Shown here in pieces: positions 27,670 through 39,500 of a stretch of DNA of 64,000 nt (position 1 is its first letter; each line of letters begins with the position of its first letter). The position numbers and the translations under genes are program-made. Below the pieces are notes generated by a model. It worked only from the letters and a program-made list of their open reading frames with translations. It was not told where the DNA came from and did no database searches. The stretch is from positions 64,001-128,000 of the IMG/VR virus record IMGVR_UViG_3300028832_000097. One strand, given 5' to 3'. This stretch comes from a virus. Its lineage: Duplodnaviria; Caudoviricetes.

Positions 27670-29412
27670 TTAAGTGAAATATGTTCCCCAATTTATTACG
27701 TAATCAATTTTCTTGCCTTTTAACCCTGTGAGGTCTAATTTTCTGTTGTTTGTTTGCACTCCGTCAAAATCAGGGCTCCACTTGTTCCATTCAACCATAT
27801 TAACATATGGTTTCTTAGGATGGTAATGTCCCCACTTATTTGTAGAAGATCCATTACCTTTACCTTTTGAATCTGCAAGAATTGCATTGAACGATGTCCC
27901 GTCTTTCAGAACAACTGTCACGATTTCTCCAATATTAGCAAAGGTTGTGGTCATAGCAATTAGATAGTATCCCTTTATTTTGGCTATGTTGCGTTCTCCT
28001 TGTTTGCCAAGTTTGACCCACTCTTCTGCTACTTTCCTGCCAGCAAATCCTTTATTCTGTCGCATCATTACACTGCCTACCCAACCATAACTTTCATATG
28101 TTTCATCAATTCCATAATCATATGCATCATCTGGAACTACTACCTTTTTCTTAGCAGAAGTTAATACCTTGCCGGATTGTGTAACAATCGACATATTGCT
28201 AGAAGTAGACGAATAACTACCAGATGCTATAGGTATAATAACGATTTGAGGCCACATATCACGTATATTTATGGATCTTATTTTCATTGCATCTTCAAGC
28301 CCATTGAGTTGCTCGTAGTTTTTGAAGAATAATTCTGCACTAGCAATTGCGCCTTGAATAGATATATCTGTTACAAGATACAGTGAATCAATTAAATTTT
28401 TGTGTTTAGAACACATATCCTCCCATAAGAAATCACATTGTCCTGTGAGATTAGTAGGCCAATTAGGTACTTTGTCTAATAGACGTTTACGACGTTCTCC
28501 TGACCACTGAAGAATTCCTAATTCAGATCCGCTGTTACTTGCTTTATTTGTAGTAAAGCTACTGCGAGCTTGAATACATCCTAATATACCTACTACATTA
28601 GCAATATTAAGTCCTTTGTCTAACAGATACTTTGCAATTACACGTGCATTCTGGTCACGTATATTAGATACATCTATTTTATATTGAGTTGTTAGACCCT
28701 TACTTCCAAAATAATTAAATAGCGATGCAAGCCCCACTGTATAGTTTATAGCAGATACCGCAATATCTGTTGAAGATAAAGTTACAGAACCTTTACCGGA
28801 AATGTAACCGACCTCTCGCATATCTGCATCTTCTGCAGTGTTATATGTGTTATACAGTGGCTCAAATGTACCTCCTCCAGAAGCAGCTGAACCGTCATCG
28901 GGTATGCCTATTAAAGTCCAATTTGGATGATAATATCCGTTCACAGAAGTAGTTGAAGGTTTTAACGTACGGCTACCGCAAGCATTGCTCTTATTACCTT
29001 CAATGGTAGTTATAGTATCTCCTGAAACATATGCAACTATGCCTATATGGTCGCTGAAGTATTCGTAATTGTATTTACTAGCACCGGAAGTTCCTCGGGC
29101 CTTCCATCTAAAAGAGATTAAATCTCCAGGAGCAGGAGTATAGGATACACCGTGCCAACCTGCCCTATGCCATGTTCCTAGTTTCTTTTCGGTACCATAT
29201 TTGAACCAGCTACCTGCACCACCCCAAGAGTTAGCACCCATAACTTTACCATACAGCCCGCCTACTGACTTACAACATGCATATACAAAAGCTGCACACC
29301 ATGCCGAAGTATCTGCAGGATATCCTGTCATTTTCTTGACCCAGTTTCGAGCAGCAGAACTTTCGCCCTTATGACTCAATGCTGTATTGATAAAATCATC
29401 GCGTTTAGACAT
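27670..29412 (-). CDS. Tail-associated lysin: CHAP + degenerate phage tail lysozyme + C-terminal DPBB-like domain
   Basis: AWCAAFV...DHIGIV...TIEGN; GILGCIQARS..GILQW..QCDFL; YLIAM...GEIVTVVLKDGT.FNAILADSKG. Confidence 0.8.
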   Translation of the reverse strand: MSKRDDFINTALSHKGESSAARNWVKKMTGYPADTSAWCAAFVYACCKSVGGLYGKVMGANSWGGAGSWFKYGTEKKLGTWHRAGWHGVSYTPAPGDLISFRWKARGTSGASKYNYEYFSDHIGIVAYVSGDTITTIEGNKSNACGSRTLKPSTTSVNGYYHPNWTLIGIPDDGSAASGGGTFEPLYNTYNTAEDADMREVGYISGKGSVTLSSTDIAVSAINYTVGLASLFNYFGSKGLTTQYKIDVSNIRDQNARVIAKYLLDKGLNIANVVGILGCIQARSSFTTNKASNSGSELGILQWSGERRKRLLDKVPNWPTNLTGQCDFLWEDMCSKHKNLIDSLYLVTDISIQGAIASAELFFKNYEQLNGLEDAMKIRSINIRDMWPQIVIIPIASGSYSSTSSNMSIVTQSGKVLTSAKKKVVVPDDAYDYGIDETYESYGWVGSVMMRQNKGFAGRKVAEEWVKLGKQGERNIAKIKGYYLIAMTTTFANIGEIVTVVLKDGTSFNAILADSKGKGNGSSTNKWGHYHPKKPYVNMVEWNKWSPDFDGVQTNNRKLDLTGLKGKKIDYVINWGTYFT

Positions 29413-29983
29413 ATTTTTCCTCTATATCAAAGAATGCTGGGTCTAACAATCTTTCTAGGTCAGATAATTTAGTTACATGCTTTATTGTCCAAAGCAACCA
29501 ATCTTTTTGATGAGCTGACCAGGTTATGTTACTTAGAAACGATTCTTTACATTGAATACCTATTTTACCTTTGAGACCTAATCTTGTAAGTTCAGTTTTA
29601 TATGTGTTTAAAATATTATCATTATTTTGTATGCTTCCACCATTTATTTGCATAACTATCCAAACACCTAACGTAGGAGAGTATTTTCGTATCAAGAAAG
29701 ATAATTGATATATTTCATCTTGTGCTTCTTTAGTTGTTTTTGCACGCCCATACATCAGCCAACCTATAGGTAACTTATTAGTAAGTGCCTCATCTACTTG
29801 TTTATATGCAAGAGGATTTCTAAAAATTGTAACACGTTTATGTGGTAACTCAAATAAATATCCGCCTTCAACAACAACTCCGGATACTCCAGATTTTTTC
29901 ATTGCAACATAATCTACTTTAGAATGAGTATCTCGAGTTAATGTTATAACATAGGGTTTAAGCTTTGTATAATCAATTGCCAT
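29405..29983 (-). CDS. GH25 muramidase-like protein, catalytically degenerate
   Basis: VDYVAMKKSGVSGVVV, LPIGW..Y.RA.T..EA.DE; DxE site replaced by GVWIVMQ. Confidence 0.6.
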   Translation of the reverse strand: MAIDYTKLKPYVITLTRDTHSKVDYVAMKKSGVSGVVVEGGYLFELPHKRVTIFRNPLAYKQVDEALTNKLPIGWLMYGRAKTTKEAQDEIYQLSFLIRKYSPTLGVWIVMQINGGSIQNNDNILNTYKTELTRLGLKGKIGIQCKESFLSNITWSAHQKDWLLWTIKHVTKLSDLERLLDPAFFDIEEKYV

Positions 29984-30473
29984 CGTCTACCTCATCAAAC
30001 GTTACATTCTGAAGTAAACTCTGTGTCATTGAAACTTCTGAACCATAATCTAGCCAAGATTCATATCCATTCAATAGTAAATCAATAGGATCATGTTTAT
30101 AAAATGTTTGCCCTGTTAGCATAACTTTAAACCTGTTAGGGTCTTCTGTAGATAAATACTCAACATGCACAAATTCATCAGGGACTCCGACTTCATGATA
30201 CGAATCAACCAGCTCACCGGACTTTACAACAAGCGACTTCATATTTTGAAATGCAACCGCATGTGTTTGATTATACTGAATAATGACTGTATAGTGTTTC
30301 TGCATATCTTTGCCAATGTATACAACAGTTCCAGGAAATGGACTATAAACTTTATCACAAAGAATATCTACACCCGTATGCCATCCGACTGTACCTTTAT
30401 GATACGGAAGTTTTTCAGAAATATTAAAATACTTTAATATTTTTACATTGCCTTGTGTCACAGTTGTTTCCAT
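29973..30473 (-). CDS. M23 peptidase-like protein, degenerate
   Basis: HTGVDI, VYSPFPGTV, VKSGELV, FVHVE, HDPI. Confidence 0.65.
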   Translation of the reverse strand: METTVTQGNVKILKYFNISEKLPYHKGTVGWHTGVDILCDKVYSPFPGTVVYIGKDMQKHYTVIIQYNQTHAVAFQNMKSLVVKSGELVDSYHEVGVPDEFVHVEYLSTEDPNRFKVMLTGQTFYKHDPIDLLLNGYESWLDYGSEVSMTQSLLQNVTFDEVDDGN

Positions 30474-30474
30474 G

Positions 30475-31929
30475 TTACACTCCTATTGATATCATATCAG
30501 TGAAATTAGGATACAACGCCCCAAAATCTACTTTGTATGGTGTTTTAATATTAGATGTAACTGTGTATGCACTACTAGGATATCTGTTAGTTCCTTGGAT
30601 GTATATACCTTGCCCTGCAGCTACCTGATTTGCAGAACTTATTGTTAATCTCTGAACCTTCAAAGTAGTTATGAATGAAGAAGATATTGTATGAGATACA
30701 GACATTATGCTGTAAACTCCGGATACAGGTGAAACGGTATTACCGGTCATAACTAATAACGATATTGGTTGTGCTACGGAATACATTTTTAAACTACCAG
30801 GAATCTGTATTGTAAAATCTCCGCTAAATTGCGTTGCAATCGCACTAACATCATTTATGATGTTTGCAGTTTGGAATACATCGGCTAACCTAGAACTCCA
30901 ACTATTTACTACAGAAGCATCCTGTACAACTGTATTACCACTACAATCTACAGAAAATCCTACTTCCTGGAATCGCATGTCCGTCATGTTATATGCTACA
31001 CCATTGTAAGAACCATTTAAAGAAAGTATATTGGTATTAGAAGTACCATACTGTAGAACATCTGATAACTGAGAAGTTGCTAGTCCTGCTTGGCTTTTGT
31101 AATGTATTACACCTGGTTTAGTCATGGTGGGTTCGTCTACCCAATACACAAATGAAGCACATTGAGGGGTAGTATCTGTATTAGATTTCTTCAAGTAGTT
31201 CTGTAGCGGAGTTACAGACAAATTATTTATCAGTGTATTCAGTTTCTTCGCGCCTAATATACCTGCAGCATCTCTAGAACTGCTGTACGATTTAGATAAC
31301 TTAAGCAGTCCTGGAAATGTATCATAATCATCTTGACCAGAAAATGTACCTCTAACATATTGATTGAAGCTAGTGTTAAGTGCACCATGATAGACCATTG
31401 TAGGTGCGTCATTGTGGTCAATATCTAATTCATAATAATTAGTAGCTTTCACCGCTTTTGCTAATGCTTCTACAATAGCAGAGGGTTGCACAACTCCGCT
31501 AACTTCTGGAATTCGTAATACAGGCATACTGGTTTGTATAGCGAGTGTTGCAAATCCGGTTATGTTATACGTCATGTATAATCCGGATGTACTTACAGAA
31601 AATTTAAGTGTGAATCCTTGATAAGAAAGATAAGTACTTACATTCCCGTGAGAATCTAACCACCCAAATGCAAAAGAAACTGGTATTCCACTAGCGTCAG
31701 GATATGCACTAGCGGCTTGCGCTGCAGAATACAATAATGCTTCAAATGCAGCTACATTGATCTTTCTAGACGCATCACCACCTACAGTGCAACGAAGTGT
31801 CCAGGAGGTGCAACTAGTAATTTCACTATTAGACAATTCTAGAGAAACAAACGGCGAAGGTACTTTAAGACCAAACTCACTTAAGTTGACTCCAGCTAAT
31901 ACAAAACTGCACCATGGTTGTTTCTTCAT
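30475..31929 (-). CDS. Baseplate hub protein (gp27/gpD-like)
   Basis: Position between LysM and lysin genes; SFAFGW; C-terminal IPG...SGVYSIMSVSHTISSSFITTLKVQR. Confidence 0.65.
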   Translation of the reverse strand: MKKQPWCSFVLAGVNLSEFGLKVPSPFVSLELSNSEITSCTSWTLRCTVGGDASRKINVAAFEALLYSAAQAASAYPDASGIPVSFAFGWLDSHGNVSTYLSYQGFTLKFSVSTSGLYMTYNITGFATLAIQTSMPVLRIPEVSGVVQPSAIVEALAKAVKATNYYELDIDHNDAPTMVYHGALNTSFNQYVRGTFSGQDDYDTFPGLLKLSKSYSSSRDAAGILGAKKLNTLINNLSVTPLQNYLKKSNTDTTPQCASFVYWVDEPTMTKPGVIHYKSQAGLATSQLSDVLQYGTSNTNILSLNGSYNGVAYNMTDMRFQEVGFSVDCSGNTVVQDASVVNSWSSRLADVFQTANIINDVSAIATQFSGDFTIQIPGSLKMYSVAQPISLLVMTGNTVSPVSGVYSIMSVSHTISSSFITTLKVQRLTISSANQVAAGQGIYIQGTNRYPSSAYTVTSNIKTPYKVDFGALYPNFTDMISIGV

Positions 31930-31931
31930 TA

Positions 31932-32354
31932 TTATTCACTTCCTAAATTTAAAGTAGTAGGATTTACAGATTGTAGTATTTCACCCTTGTTAAACAGGAC
32001 TGTAATAGATTTTGGAATCATCAACCGTGTACCTTCAGGACAACTGTAACCATCCGATATTCTGTTGAAGTATGCAATGACCCAACCATAGGTAGCATCT
32101 CCAAGTGTCTTGTAGGCTATGATATCTAATCGATTTTCTTCATGAGCAGGTACATCATAAAAATCTACATTAGCGGTAGTAGTAAAGGGATTAGGTGTTT
32201 CAAGTGCAACAAATCGTTCTTCACTACTCGGGCAATGAACAATCTGACGCAATCCTCTATAACGTGATATATGATTGAAATCACGACAAACGCCATAATC
32301 AATTCCTTCGTAATCTAGAACTTTGTATGGTGTAGTAGTATTAAGTATTTTCAT
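31932..32354 (-). CDS. LysM/gp53-like baseplate wedge protein
   Basis: ENRLDIIAYKTLGDATYGWVIAYFN...GTRLMIP. Confidence 0.8.
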   Translation of the reverse strand: MKILNTTTPYKVLDYEGIDYGVCRDFNHISRYRGLRQIVHCPSSEERFVALETPNPFTTTANVDFYDVPAHEENRLDIIAYKTLGDATYGWVIAYFNRISDGYSCPEGTRLMIPKSITVLFNKGEILQSVNPTTLNLGSE

Positions 32355-33361
32355 CCAATAACCCCCATTTGCATAACTGTATCATGACTAAGTGCTTGCG
32401 GAGCTACTTCTGTTATGCTTAACGTCAATTTGCAATGTAAGTACCAACCATCATGGCCTAAAGGGCCATCCCAATCTACAGAAACATCATTCATTATTCC
32501 GGAAATAAGTATTTTACCTTTTACATACAGTGTTACAATAGCTGTATTTACAGCAGCGCCTACATATCTCGGATAGCATTGAGCTTGGCAGAATCGTATT
32601 AGACGGTTTGCTCCGCCTCTGTTATGATCTCCATTCCACATATCTCTATGAAAATCAAATACATAACTATTAGTACGAGGCCCGGAACTCTGATAAAGTT
32701 GCCAAGGCTCATATTGATAAAGTAATTCAGGCATCTCTGTATAATTGGCCTTCCTAGTATCACTTACGGATTCCGGATACACAGGAAAATCAACATGTTC
32801 ATTGTCTAAGGAAGAATACAGAGAAATATCTCCCCATGGTATTTTGAAGAATTCAAACACTTTAGCATCTGGGCGCGTATAGTCAGAAAATCTTGAAGGC
32901 ACTATTGAACTATATTCATTAAATATATTAGGGTCTACACTATGGGGTATTTCTGACAAAGAATTCATTGTACGATTGTATACATTAGCCGATACACCCT
33001 GTTTATTACCTAATACACGTGCGCTATCAGGGATAACAAGACCTATTGGTATCTTTATACAAGTAGGAAATGAGCCTTTTGCAGATATAAATTTCCAAGC
33101 AGAAGCGCCAGATAAAGCTGCGGTCTCAAATACATCAGAATCACCTGCAAATGAATTAAGTACTGAAGATTTTCTTTGCCAATCAACATCTTCCGTTATG
33201 GATTCAATAACAGATTGTGCGTTAGATAAGTATGTTTCACCAATATTAGGAACTCGTGGCAGTTCGTTTACATGCAAAACTTGATCTACATTTCGACTAC
33301 CTACAAGATTAGACAGTTCAGATAACTTTGTATCTTTAGTAACTTCCCAAAACTGCATCAT
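32351..33361 (-). CDS. LysM-containing tail tube initiator-like protein
   Basis: N-terminal LysM-like segment; FPVYPESVSD.RKANY, YQSSGPRT, QCYP, LTLSITE. Confidence 0.6.
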   Translation of the reverse strand: MMQFWEVTKDTKLSELSNLVGSRNVDQVLHVNELPRVPNIGETYLSNAQSVIESITEDVDWQRKSSVLNSFAGDSDVFETAALSGASAWKFISAKGSFPTCIKIPIGLVIPDSARVLGNKQGVSANVYNRTMNSLSEIPHSVDPNIFNEYSSIVPSRFSDYTRPDAKVFEFFKIPWGDISLYSSLDNEHVDFPVYPESVSDTRKANYTEMPELLYQYEPWQLYQSSGPRTNSYVFDFHRDMWNGDHNRGGANRLIRFCQAQCYPRYVGAAVNTAIVTLYVKGKILISGIMNDVSVDWDGPLGHDGWYLHCKLTLSITEVAPQALSHDTVMQMGVIG

Positions 33362-33936
33362 CTACCTCCCTGTACCATGCTCAATGAATCTAGACGTAAT
33401 GACTTAAGTACATGTGGTTCGCCAAAAAGTGCAGGAGAACGATGGTCGCGTTCTGCAGGTAGCATCTTTCTTAGCCACATAGAGCTTATTTCATAACATT
33501 TTGCTTGAGCTTCTGGAGTGAAAATATCATCAATATTATCCACATCCATGAGTACTAACATATCATGTATATCTAATTTAGAACTATCTGTACTAATTAC
33601 AGCATTGAGCATATAAGAATATATCCAATCAGGTAACCTGCGGTTAGGATTATCAGACGATTTAAACGCATTTAAATGATATCCTAAGTTTTCAATGAAT
33701 TCTCTATATGCGCCTTCTAACCCAGGATTTACTAACGGATAATACCATTTAAACCATGACATAGAATCATCATCAAGAAACTGTTCCCACAACTCATCAC
33801 TAGTTTTAGTATCATCTGTAGGATACTTCAGAAATGCATCACACATTTCATCATCGGAAATAAGGTGAGGAGGATAATTGGGTAAGAAACCTTCCTTAAC
33901 CATGTTTATCTTGATGATATCATGTATAAATGTCAT
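33358..33936 (-). CDS. Hypothetical tail-module protein
   Basis: Start re-assigned to ATG 33936 (ATGA overlap with the upstream gene). Confidence 0.6.
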   Translation of the reverse strand: MTFIHDIIKINMVKEGFLPNYPPHLISDDEMCDAFLKYPTDDTKTSDELWEQFLDDDSMSWFKWYYPLVNPGLEGAYREFIENLGYHLNAFKSSDNPNRRLPDWIYSYMLNAVISTDSSKLDIHDMLVLMDVDNIDDIFTPEAQAKCYEISSMWLRKMLPAERDHRSPALFGEPHVLKSLRLDSLSMVQGGR

Positions 33937-36551
33937 GATACTGTGCCTCCTACAAATTGATTGAATACACCGCTTTGCCATGCATCAATTGAAGATGTTG
34001 ATACTATGCCGGATATAGAAGTTACATCAGAAATAGTGGTCTTAAATGCAATCTGACCGTCATACAATGTGTTGTTTCTATAATTCTGACTCAATGCAGA
34101 GAATGTAGTTTCTTTAACTTTGTAACCTTCTTCCGCAATTGAACTAATAGGATATGCAGTTATGAATGTTCCAGTAACTTTAAGTGGACTAGTTAGTTTA
34201 CTTGCAGGATAAGGTAGTTCTGAACTCTGAGGTAATGTGAACTTAAATACTGACATGTATGTTCCATTTGCTACGTTACCTGTTATATTGTCAGTTACTA
34301 ATAATTTACAACCTAGTATGCTACCATTGTCTGCGAATGTAATAGATTTAAGTGCATAACTATAATGATTATCATTAGGTGCAGTGCTATCCCAGTATTC
34401 ATCGGAATGTGGTGTAGTAGTGCCTGCAAACTCCACTGTCATATCATTTACAACTAGGTCAGAATCATTTGCACTGAATCTTTCATACCACAAGGTTAAT
34501 TCTGTAATGTTTGTGAGTTCATCAAGAATCGCAGCGTCGTAATAAAGATTACATCTATAAGAATTCAATATGTAATCACCACTTAGTTGATTATCTATTC
34601 TAAGCTTCTGACAATCTACAAAATTAATTGTTGAACCTGCGGACACACTACCTAATAGATGAACATATACGCTAGTATTGAATCTACTATCAATATTCAT
34701 TATATTAAGTATGCCTGCCGTATCATCCTCAGTTAGATTAACATATACATGAATTACATCTGGATCAGAAGTAGAGGTTAACTGAGATGCATTGGGGAAT
34801 GCAACGCGATTATTAACATATTCATCTAATTCTTCTTGTATACTTGCCATATCCATTCCAGAAGCTGTTGTGTAGTTCTGCCCTAACTGATATGCAAGCG
34901 TACCAGAAGCTAATAACTCATAATCAAGTAATCGTAAGTGACCATCGGATGTTAAATATATATAACCATTTCCGTAAGCAGTTTCTGGGACATTCAAGAA
35001 TCCACCAATAGCTGTTTCTGTAGCAAATGGTATCTGACCTGTAACCCAAACAGGTTCTGAATACTCGTATTCACCAGCAATAGATACTGCATAATAGTAA
35101 TACAGCGGATCGCTTCCAGATGCATCTACAACAGTAAAGAAGTCTTTATTTACGATACCTCTATATCCTGTAGATAAATCAAACAAACTATTGATAAATG
35201 TCATGTCCGTAGGGTCAAAAGTAGTTTCCGACTCGTAGTATCCTAACTGTACACCACCTGCTAGCGATGCAGGAATTACAGAAGACGGAGGTACCTGCTC
35301 GACCTTTGCGATAGCGTTGACATAGCCAGGAAGTACCACATACATTGTTGCAGGTAATCTTGCAGTTTCGTCGTCAATATCAAGTGTTCCATCCTGGTTT
35401 ACTAATACGTAATCACCAACATCCCAACCAGTTATTTTAGGTAGCTCACTTCTCTCAAGCATGATTCCTGAAATATAATATTTGAGCTTACCTTGCGGCA
35501 AATAATACAGGTTATCAATCTTGCGTTCAATAGCCCGGATGCTCTCAGTATATGCAGGTGTAACAGTACCACCGGTTTTTGTACCAAAATTAGCTGCAGG
35601 TAAATCAATTACTTTATCTGCATAATATTGTGAATCACCGCTACTGTTAGACATACCATCTGGTTGTTTGTGCGGCATATGTAACTGTGTGTATCCGGTA
35701 ACTGGATTGTAGATAAACTGTGCAGAATTCAATCCAGGATTTTCACCATCCATGAGTACAGGATGTGCATCCCAAACAATCAAACTATCGAGTGAATCAC
35801 ACCAAGTATCATAACCTGTTTGAGGGTCTGTACCTTTACCTGCAAACGTGTAAATCTTCTTTGGATCTAACCCACGCTTACTTACATAAGTACTATCTAC
35901 TAAAGATCCTGTATTAGAAATTCTATCAGGAGATAATACTGCGGTCTTATCAGGATTTATTACTATTCCAGAAATAACTCCACTTCTATAAGTAAACTCA
36001 CCTAATTTAAGATGCGCATTTACTTTAGATTCATCAGTCGGTGAATCAGATGGCAGTGTAAATTTAGTGCCTACTTCTCCATACTTTGGGAGAATGACAA
36101 TTTGTACACCTTCATAAAGATTTGCAGCGTTTTCTACAAGCATTGAACCTGCCATTGTAGTTTCTGTGCTATACATTATCCTAAGACCTACGCAGAGCTC
36201 ACCCTTCAAAGGCTCTTCACCTTCTTGTTGTGCAGATATGTTAGCTTCTGCGATATCAATAACAATAGGAGCCAAAGATTCTACAAAGTGTCCGTTGACA
36301 AGTGCACGTCCTTCGCTGATTTGGAGTGAAGTTGAACTAATAGGGACACCTGTACTATCAAGCTGTTGCGAAATTGCAAAATCTTCTGCAGAATGTGCGT
36401 ATGATGGGCCTATGTGATATCTAACAGACGGATCTGTTCCTACACTTTCACGAGATCTGAGATTCCATTCTGTAGCGTATTGGCCTCCAGCATGTGAATT
36501 AACAATAGGAAATATATTTGTGCTTCCTACAGGAAATAATACAAAATTCAT
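33933..36551 (-). CDS. Large virion structural protein (baseplate/fibre-associated)
   Basis: 872 aa, beta-rich, ISEGRALVNGHFVE motif, directly after the tape measure gene. Confidence 0.6.
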   Translation of the reverse strand: MNFVLFPVGSTNIFPIVNSHAGGQYATEWNLRSRESVGTDPSVRYHIGPSYAHSAEDFAISQQLDSTGVPISSTSLQISEGRALVNGHFVESLAPIVIDIAEANISAQQEGEEPLKGELCVGLRIMYSTETTMAGSMLVENAANLYEGVQIVILPKYGEVGTKFTLPSDSPTDESKVNAHLKLGEFTYRSGVISGIVINPDKTAVLSPDRISNTGSLVDSTYVSKRGLDPKKIYTFAGKGTDPQTGYDTWCDSLDSLIVWDAHPVLMDGENPGLNSAQFIYNPVTGYTQLHMPHKQPDGMSNSSGDSQYYADKVIDLPAANFGTKTGGTVTPAYTESIRAIERKIDNLYYLPQGKLKYYISGIMLERSELPKITGWDVGDYVLVNQDGTLDIDDETARLPATMYVVLPGYVNAIAKVEQVPPSSVIPASLAGGVQLGYYESETTFDPTDMTFINSLFDLSTGYRGIVNKDFFTVVDASGSDPLYYYYAVSIAGEYEYSEPVWVTGQIPFATETAIGGFLNVPETAYGNGYIYLTSDGHLRLLDYELLASGTLAYQLGQNYTTASGMDMASIQEELDEYVNNRVAFPNASQLTSTSDPDVIHVYVNLTEDDTAGILNIMNIDSRFNTSVYVHLLGSVSAGSTINFVDCQKLRIDNQLSGDYILNSYRCNLYYDAAILDELTNITELTLWYERFSANDSDLVVNDMTVEFAGTTTPHSDEYWDSTAPNDNHYSYALKSITFADNGSILGCKLLVTDNITGNVANGTYMSVFKFTLPQSSELPYPASKLTSPLKVTGTFITAYPISSIAEEGYKVKETTFSALSQNYRNNTLYDGQIAFKTTISDVTSISGIVSTSSIDAWQSGVFNQFVGGTVS

Positions 36552-36594
36552 TAGTGCCTCCTATATTATATTTATTGATATTTAAGGTGTTTAT

Positions 36595-39500
36595 TTATAC
36601 TTTATATGTACCGCCCATTGCAAGTGCAGCTAATGTATCCGCAAGTCCAGATGACGCCCCTGCATTGTTTGTTTGGTTCTGGATAGCATTGATTACTACA
36701 AGGATCTGCGATAACAATGCATTTGTTTGTAAGGTTGGATCTTTCAAATCAGCAGTGTTAGCAGTTAATGCTTCTGCTAATGCATATATAGCATCACCCT
36801 TCTGTGTTTGCTCCTGCCTCTGTATTTCTGCAACTTTCTTGTAATAACTTTCACCACCTAATGCTTGATCATAGTATACATGATTTATGTAATAGTTTGA
36901 CCAATCTGTGACATATTTTTTCATTGTAGACTGATGCTTGTCCCAATTCTCCCGCCATTCATCCCATCGCTCTACCATTGAATTTAACGTATCAAACAAA
37001 GGTGTTTGGAAATTTTCAGGGAATTGTAATTTGTAGAAATCTACACCTAATGAATAAAATTCTCGCTCTACCTGCCGATACTGCTCTGCTTCTTGTGCAG
37101 CTACTTGCGCTTGTTTTGATTCAAAATATCTACCTAATGCAGATTCGTCATATCCTGCAGATTCTAATGCATCCGACAAATTAACTATGCCGTGCTTCCG
37201 TGCTTTTGAAGCAAAATCTGTGTAGGACTTACTACTAGAAATAAGATCATACAATAAACTGCTAGTGCGATTTGAAGATGATGTACTATGTGTAGCTACT
37301 TGTGCAAAATTATAATCTGAACCTCCAAGTAATGACGATATTACGCTTTGGCTTGATTTTCCTAATATGTTCCAGCTGTATCCGGAAGACACGTTAGTAG
37401 AACGAGACCTACCTAACATACTGGATACAGCACCACTTATGCTACCAATCACTGCAGCATCTACATAATCGTCTAAATCTCCTATACGACTTAATAGTGA
37501 TATGCCAGTATTAATGTTACCGCCTGATAAGTATCGTCTTCCAAATTGCATTATTCCATAATTTGATCTGCCTCCAAGCTGACTAACTAGTGAACTCGTC
37601 AGATTAAGATTTGCATCACGAGTAAGGAGATTACTCAAAGTAGTCCTATTTGCAGAACCTACATTTCCTAATTCTAATACTTGACGTATATCACTCTTCC
37701 ATGCCTCAGCTTCTGCAAAAGTAGATAACTGCTCTATACTTTCTGTGATACCTTCCATACCTGGTATCAACCATATTATAATATTCTGTATTGCAGAGAG
37801 TATTCCTAACAATGCATCTAATGCAGCGCCTTGCAGATTAACACCATATTCGGCTTCCATCATCTCACGAGCAAGCTGCTCATCCCACATATGTTTTTGG
37901 ATTTCTCTAGCTGCTTCATTATCAAGTACATAAGATAATCCGTTTTCAATCATGTATTGGTTAATCTGTCGATTTTTAAGTTGCTCTGCAGTGAGTGTAG
38001 TTTCTCCCGAAACCATGAGTTCCATGTTTTCGTTGAGTGCATCGCTATTTGTGTTCATCTGTGAAATTGCCTGCGCAAGATAGTTGAAATCTATTCTAGC
38101 AAATGCATCAGAAGATAATCCAAACAGCTCTGCGTAACCTTCCGCCTTCTCCATGTAGGCTGCAGAAGAGTCATTGTACATACTTGCAAGGTTTGTAAAC
38201 AAAGTAGAAAATACTTTCTGCGGATCACTTGCAAGTGCTTGTAAGAATTCTGTGTTAGATGCGTTTATACCTGCAAGCGATCTCAAGGCAACGGTACTAC
38301 TAGCGTTACCTCCTGTCGCAGCACTATATACTGCATCAGTTATAGCATTTGCAAGATCAGGAGCAACTGCACCTACAATTGCAGCTACAGACGTCATAAC
38401 GCCGGATATTCCTGAAATATTACCGGACCGTGCAGCTTGTGCAATTCTTACAGATTGTTCATATATGCTCTGTGCATTAGTAAGTCCAGTTGAATAACCA
38501 CCCGCAAGTTGTCTACCAGCGTATAGCAAATTATTTGCAAAGGTTAATAAACTATCATTTGCTTCTTGAATTGCTTCATCTTGCGATTTACCTAAACGTA
38601 TTGCATTTGCTGCAATAGACGAATATGTAGAAGCATACCCGAAGAAATCTTGTGTGGGAATTGCATTTCCAAGTATAGTTGCCTGGTATGCAAATTCTTC
38701 TGCAACTCTACCGCTCAATCCAGACGAAATAACTTTAGACAGATTGTCTACTAAGCTGCTACCACTGATTATATCAGTAAGACCTTCATCTCGTAATCTC
38801 TGTGCGTATGCAGACATCAGATCTTGTACATCTGATTTAGTGTATCCTTGTGTGGCAGAAATTATTCTGAGGTTACTGTCGAAAGCTTGCGTAAGTGAAT
38901 TTGCAGATTCTTCTAGTATCTTGAAAGGCTCGCTTACAAGTGTTCTAACATCTGCAAGTAATCGATCTTTTGCAAGTTTTGAATTTTCTCTTGCAGAATT
39001 CTGTTGACGCTTAGAAGCAGCATCTAATGCCTTGTTATACTCTTGAAATCCTTCAATTGCAGGTTGTATTGCTTCTTCTAATTCGTTTAGTTTATATATT
39101 ACAGCAGCGCCTGCGAGCGCAAGTGGGCCTAACTTTGTAACTACTTCTCCTAAACCAGATGCAAGCTGTCCTGCATTATTTCCTACAATTTGTGCGCCTC
39201 GAGATAGCGCCTGGGTTAAAGACCCACTAGCATCTAATGTAGCATTAAACCCAGTGAGTGCCTTATCAAATACAGCACCTACTTCGCCTAATCCGCTCTC
39301 AACACCAGAAGATCTGAGAATTCGTTGACCAATCTCTTTACCTATTCTGCCAGGAATATCTTTTAAATTGAGATTCTCACCAAAGGCCTTTACAACAGCA
39401 TCCTGTATTTTCTTACTAGTTGCATCATTAAATACATTCTTGAGCAGCCCGTCTTTTATGGCCTTTGTGAATTCATCTTCAAATGAACCATAACTGCGAG

